DNA of 64,000 bases. Source: a virus. This document shows positions 59,843 to 64,000 of this stretch, one piece after another (within the stretch, counting starts at the first letter, position 1; the number at the start of each line of letters is the position of its first letter). The notes under the pieces are model-generated. The model ran no database searches. It worked only from the letters and a program-made list of their open reading frames with translations, and was not told the DNA's origin. The stretch covers positions 1 to 64,000 of the IMG/VR virus record IMGVR_UViG_3300026484_000295; one strand, 5' to 3'. The translations under genes and the position numbers were made by a program.

Positions 59843-62800
59843 TTATCTAGTTCTTGCTGATTGAGCACCTAATATTTTTTTAGTTTCGGTAGTCAATAAT
59901 GTATTTGCTTCTGTTTTTGAATATGTTTGAGAAGCATCAGTAACTGATAAATCATTACCATTAGCATCTGTAAATACATAATTAATATCTGTAATACCTT
60001 CACCAATATTACTTATATGATTATCTAACCAAGCACTGATCTCATATGATGTTGCACTATCCATACCAGCTAAATAATTTGCACCATCTTTAATTAAAGT
60101 ATCGATTTGTATTTTTGTATAATATCTAACACCATCTGGCATATCTATTGAAATATTCAATCTATCAAACCATTTTTGTATATCATCACTATTAATACTA
60201 TCAATACCATTTGCTAATTGTAATGATTTTCTTATAATTTCAATAATTTCAGCTTTATTATAGTTTCCTGTTAAATCTGGAATAGGTCTAAATTCATCTG
60301 CTCTTGGATAAGTATTACCAAATTCATCAGTACCATCTTGAACTTCATACCCTAAAGCACTAAACGTACCTGGATCCGATGGATTAATATTATCAATCCA
60401 AGCTTCTAAACCAATATTAGTACTGTCACCCGTATGGAATAATCGCAACATATCATCAGTAACATCAGTACCATTTTCTAAAATATTCTGTGTTATTCTC
60501 TGTAAACCTTCTATTAAAATCAATTTAATTTCTAATTTAGTAAAATATCCAGATGCATCACCCTTAATAGTTGATATTAAAGACTTCATTTTAGAAGCCC
60601 AATTATCCAATCTTAGTTTAGTCACTCTTACAGCTTCATCCATATTTGTAGTAGTAACATATTTTATATTATCCGTATAATCTTTAGGATTCCATCCTAA
60701 TTGTACCGCATGCCCACCATATTTTTCAGAATACATAGCATCAATTCTATACCACCCGGCTACAGCAAAATCGTAAGAATATGCTGTATCTCTACAACAA
60801 TATTTATTTGATGCAATTTTCTCTTCATTTATATAAATTGCATGTGGATCATCACCATTCATTTTAACATAATCTAATTTAAAAGGTTTTTCAACAAATA
60901 TCCAAGTTGTATATATAGCATGATAATTATGAACATTACCCCAAACAGTTGGACCAGCAATATAACCTTTATTCCAAACTTTTCCTAATCTATCAGTATA
61001 AGTTTTTGTAAAATCTACTACTTTTACTTCTTTTTCTGCTAACGGAGTTCTACCATTTTCTATAAAATCTTTTTTAAGATCTAAATGTCTTGTTCCTAAC
61101 CAACCATCAAATCTAGTACCTTTAAAAGCCCAGTTCTCAAGTTTATCAGAACCAACTGGTGGAAGAATTCTAGCAGATGAAGCTAAAACTAACCCTTCAT
61201 AAATCAATTCTAACGATTCTGCTCTAGAATAAATTTCCGTGTCAGCATCCAATGATAAATCTTTTACCGATAATCGTCTAATCCATCTATCAAGTGTTTC
61301 ATCATCTAGCATTGTCTCACTTACAATAGATTTTAAAACTGTTACTAAAAATTTCATAAATTCTGCTTTTGTATAAGGTCCTTCCATATTTTCAACAAAT
61401 GAATTTACCATTCCAGTTATTTCCTCTCTTGTAGGTCTAGCTCCAGCTGTAAATGCATCAGTTGTATTATAATCTGTTAAACCAAGAATAGTATCTATTA
61501 AAAGACTTGTTGAAATATCTTTAGTAAATACATTAGCACTTAAATCGGCTAAATTAATATTAGTCGTTTCAAGACTTTGAGTTAATTCTTCATCTTTAGT
61601 ATCCATATCCTTTCGTACTGAAGCTTCAACTTTTGCTATATTATCATAAATTAAATTTGCCGTCGTATTAATATAACTCGTTGTTTGATCGAATCTTAAA
61701 TTAGTAGCAACCGAAAACTCATCTAAATCTTTAAATCCTTTTTCAACATTGGCTTCTAAATCTTCAATTCTTTTTCTTTGATCATTAGCATCAATTCTTA
61801 AATCAAAAATATCTCTAGTATTAATTTCATCATATAATAAACCATCCGGTCTATAAGTTGTTCTAGACACCATAGAACCACCGGCTTTATAATCTGCTGA
61901 GAATAACCAATTTAACATAACTTTAAATTTTGCCTTTCTATCTCTACCAACTGATGAAGTTTCTAATGTTGCAGCATTTTCATCAACAAGTGTGAAACCC
62001 GAAATATCATCTGCAAAATCTTCTATATCTTCAGATACATGTATTCCATTAATAAAGAATGATGTCCCATTATCATTAAATTCTGGATGATATACACCTT
62101 GATTTCTTCTATTTACAATAGCAACCGGAATTGCATATACGTAATTATTATGAGATAAATTCGTTGGCTCTTCTACGGTAAATAGAGCATCATCAAATAA
62201 TTTTCCTTCTTTATACAATAATGAATTTGGATTACTTGCTTGAATTAATGTTCCACCAGCAAATATTTGTAAGGTTTCAGTAATTGGTTGTCCAGTTGCA
62301 TCTTCTCCAACTTCTTGTGTAACAATTCTACTAGTAACTGGAGATTTCCCTTGGAATCTTAATCCTTCAGACATATATGGTGATGTCCCTTTAAAAAAGT
62401 TATTAAATAAGTTCAACCCAACAATTCTAGTTCTATATCTTATTTGTACTAATTTATCACCGTCAAAATAAAGGTTATGGTCTGCATTATGAAAAATAGT
62501 TTTTCTTTCTTCATCACTTAATTCGGATAATTTCCATCCTCTACCAATAGTATTATCTTCAACAAATGTTTCATCAATAAGTTTCTTTTCTTTATCTGTA
62601 ACAGAATCAAATGCAGTTCCATCATAATAGTTATACACAATATTACTTTTTTGAAATGATTGACAATATTGTTTCGCTCCATCTGGAATTGCTGCTGTCT
62701 CACCATTAACAGTATCATAAAATATATGATCAAAAATAACAGTATCAATATTATCAGATGTAGACCCTTGATATTGTACATTTCCAAATGGGAATATAAA

Positions 62801-64000
62801 ATCTGTTTCATCAACGGCTTCATGCCAAACTTCAATAAATACCAAATCTTTTCTTTCTAGTACAACAATATCAATAAGATCGAATTCATCATTACGTCTA
62901 ATAGTAACTTCTTGACCAATTTCCTCAAGCATAGTTAAAGTTAAGTCCTGACCCTCTTGAATATAATCTAGTCCTTCAATCCAATTAATTTCTTCATATA
63001 TAACTTCAAATGGGATTTCAGCCCCATCATCTTCTTCAATATTAAAATCGATAGCAAATGTAATTTGTCCACCTTCAGAAATAACACGTTTAGATGTAAA
63101 CTCTTCAGCACCAGTAGATAATAATCTTACAACAACTTGGTCTCTATCTTTGGTATCTAATATAGTAAATGTTTTACCAAATCGGTAATAACCTACTTTT
63201 GGTACTGTTATATCTTCCCATGTATTTTGTAGTTCTGTCTCAACACCATTAATATTACGTGTTATAAAGAATCCTTCATCATTTTCTTCAACCATAAAAG
63301 TTCTAGTATATTTGTAATAATAAACAATATTTCCATCTTCATCTAATAATGGATTTCCATCTTCACCATACTTTACAAGTTTTAAAACAAACTGATCTAA
63401 ATCTGATGATAATATATCAATAACTTTTTGTTTTTCTGACGGTGTTAAAATCATCGTATTGGTCATATTATTAATGTATTCTTCATTTAGATCATTAACC
63501 ATATCATCAACCATAATTTCTTTAGCTTTTTGTAAGTAAGAAACAACTTTTACATCATCTAAATTTAAAATATTATTTCCATCATTATCAACAATAAAGT
63601 ATTCTAATGATACATTGTCCGATAGTGATAATTGTTCTGCATTTTTAGCCCACTCAATATCAAAATTACTAAACCAATTACCTGTTAAATCAGAATCAAT
63701 TTCTAAATATTGTCTTAATAACTCTTTTTGCAAATCATCCGATTCTCGTAATAAGCTTCGTTTTAATATAGGATTTCCTAATGAATCAACTTTAGTTTGT
63801 CCAATAAATTTATAAAATTTTAAATTTTCTTTATCAAAGACTACATCACCATTTTTAAGTACTTTACCTTCGGGTAAAGTTTCACCCATAATCCATGTAT
63901 ATTCATGTCCTTCAATAACTTGTGGTACAACAATATCAAATTTATTTTTATTAATATCAAATGGCACAGTTACCTTTGGTTGTGGTTCTTTAGTAATAAA
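59843..64000 (-). CDS. Large virion protein with PA14-like domain; open to the window edge
   Basis: NGDDPHAIYIN...GWYRI...YSE..GG..VQLGW (PA14); DLVFIEVWHE and YAIP.A.V.RRNQG.YHP.FN fibre-like segments; no stop between 63967 and 64000. Confidence 0.75.
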   Translation of the reverse strand, partial: FITKEPQPKVTVPFDINKNKFDIVVPQVIEGHEYTWIMGETLPEGKVLKNGDVVFDKENLKFYKFIGQTKVDSLGNPILKRSLLRESDDLQKELLRQYLEIDSDLTGNWFSNFDIEWAKNAEQLSLSDNVSLEYFIVDNDGNNILNLDDVKVVSYLQKAKEIMVDDMVNDLNEEYINNMTNTMILTPSEKQKVIDILSSDLDQFVLKLVKYGEDGNPLLDEDGNIVYYYKYTRTFMVEENDEGFFITRNINGVETELQNTWEDITVPKVGYYRFGKTFTILDTKDRDQVVVRLLSTGAEEFTSKRVISEGGQITFAIDFNIEEDDGAEIPFEVIYEEINWIEGLDYIQEGQDLTLTMLEEIGQEVTIRRNDEFDLIDIVVLERKDLVFIEVWHEAVDETDFIFPFGNVQYQGSTSDNIDTVIFDHIFYDTVNGETAAIPDGAKQYCQSFQKSNIVYNYYDGTAFDSVTDKEKKLIDETFVEDNTIGRGWKLSELSDEERKTIFHNADHNLYFDGDKLVQIRYRTRIVGLNLFNNFFKGTSPYMSEGLRFQGKSPVTSRIVTQEVGEDATGQPITETLQIFAGGTLIQASNPNSLLYKEGKLFDDALFTVEEPTNLSHNNYVYAIPVAIVNRRNQGVYHPEFNDNGTSFFINGIHVSEDIEDFADDISGFTLVDENAATLETSSVGRDRKAKFKVMLNWLFSADYKAGGSMVSRTTYRPDGLLYDEINTRDIFDLRIDANDQRKRIEDLEANVEKGFKDLDEFSVATNLRFDQTTSYINTTANLIYDNIAKVEASVRKDMDTKDEELTQSLETTNINLADLSANVFTKDISTSLLIDTILGLTDYNTTDAFTAGARPTREEITGMVNSFVENMEGPYTKAEFMKFLVTVLKSIVSETMLDDETLDRWIRRLSVKDLSLDADTEIYSRAESLELIYEGLVLASSARILPPVGSDKLENWAFKGTRFDGWLGTRHLDLKKDFIENGRTPLAEKEVKVVDFTKTYTDRLGKVWNKGYIAGPTVWGNVHNYHAIYTTWIFVEKPFKLDYVKMNGDDPHAIYINEEKIASNKYCCRDTAYSYDFAVAGWYRIDAMYSEKYGGHAVQLGWNPKDYTDNIKYVTTTNMDEAVRVTKLRLDNWASKMKSLISTIKGDASGYFTKLEIKLILIEGLQRITQNILENGTDVTDDMLRLFHTGDSTNIGLEAWIDNINPSDPGTFSALGYEVQDGTDEFGNTYPRADEFRPIPDLTGNYNKAEIIEIIRKSLQLANGIDSINSDDIQKWFDRLNISIDMPDGVRYYTKIQIDTLIKDGANYLAGMDSATSYEISAWLDNHISNIGEGITDINYVFTDANGNDLSVTDASQTYSKTEANTLLTTETKKILGAQSARTR

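Noticed and set aside
623-63815. Short antisense or alternate-frame ORFs in the track (e.g. 623..859, 8860..9111, 15750..16070, 16206..16601, 20356..20700, 26372..26686, 47539..47880, 47981..48277, 62518..62835)
   Set aside because: They overlap well-supported genes or leaders and have no motifs or SD
1-64000. Stop-codon reassignment
   Set aside because: Genes are full length under code 11, TAA/TAG/TGA all end genes at sensible places, and no suppressor tRNA was seen

Overview
This AT-rich 64 kb window comes from a large T4-related (jumbo-type) phage genome, probably infecting a Campylobacterota host. The host call rests on a Campylobacterota-like CheY, flagellin and FlaG, a dimeric dUTPase, tRNA-Arg(UCG) and TTTAAG-N11-TATAAT promoters. 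The window holds a tRNA region (7 canonical tRNAs, two homing endonucleases and structured ncRNA candidates), virion and tail-fibre genes mostly on the minus strand, and T4-like replication genes (primase, clamp loader, UvsY, DsbA, RNase H, PolB) mixed with auxiliary genes (PepA, FolE, ClpP-like, DnaJ, NMNAT, CCA enzyme, topoisomerase IA). Highlights: (1) a phage-borne motility module of flagellin, FliS-like and FlaG genes, with an intact sigma-28 promoter and two CsrA-type GGA hairpins, plus an intact CheY behind a T4-type late promoter; (2) a family B DNA polymerase in at least three pieces, two of which carry halves of a Ser1/Ser+1 split intein 20 kb apart; (3) a circularly permuted tRNA-Lys(UUU) module inside a Y-RNA-like stem, with a covarying sister RNA; (4) a T1SS adhesin retention-module gene with a switch-like leader; (5) recurring hairpins with a promoter in the loop and the RBS in the stem; (6) an NAD ligase lacking its adenylation half. 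All calls come from motif recognition by eye; no searches were run.
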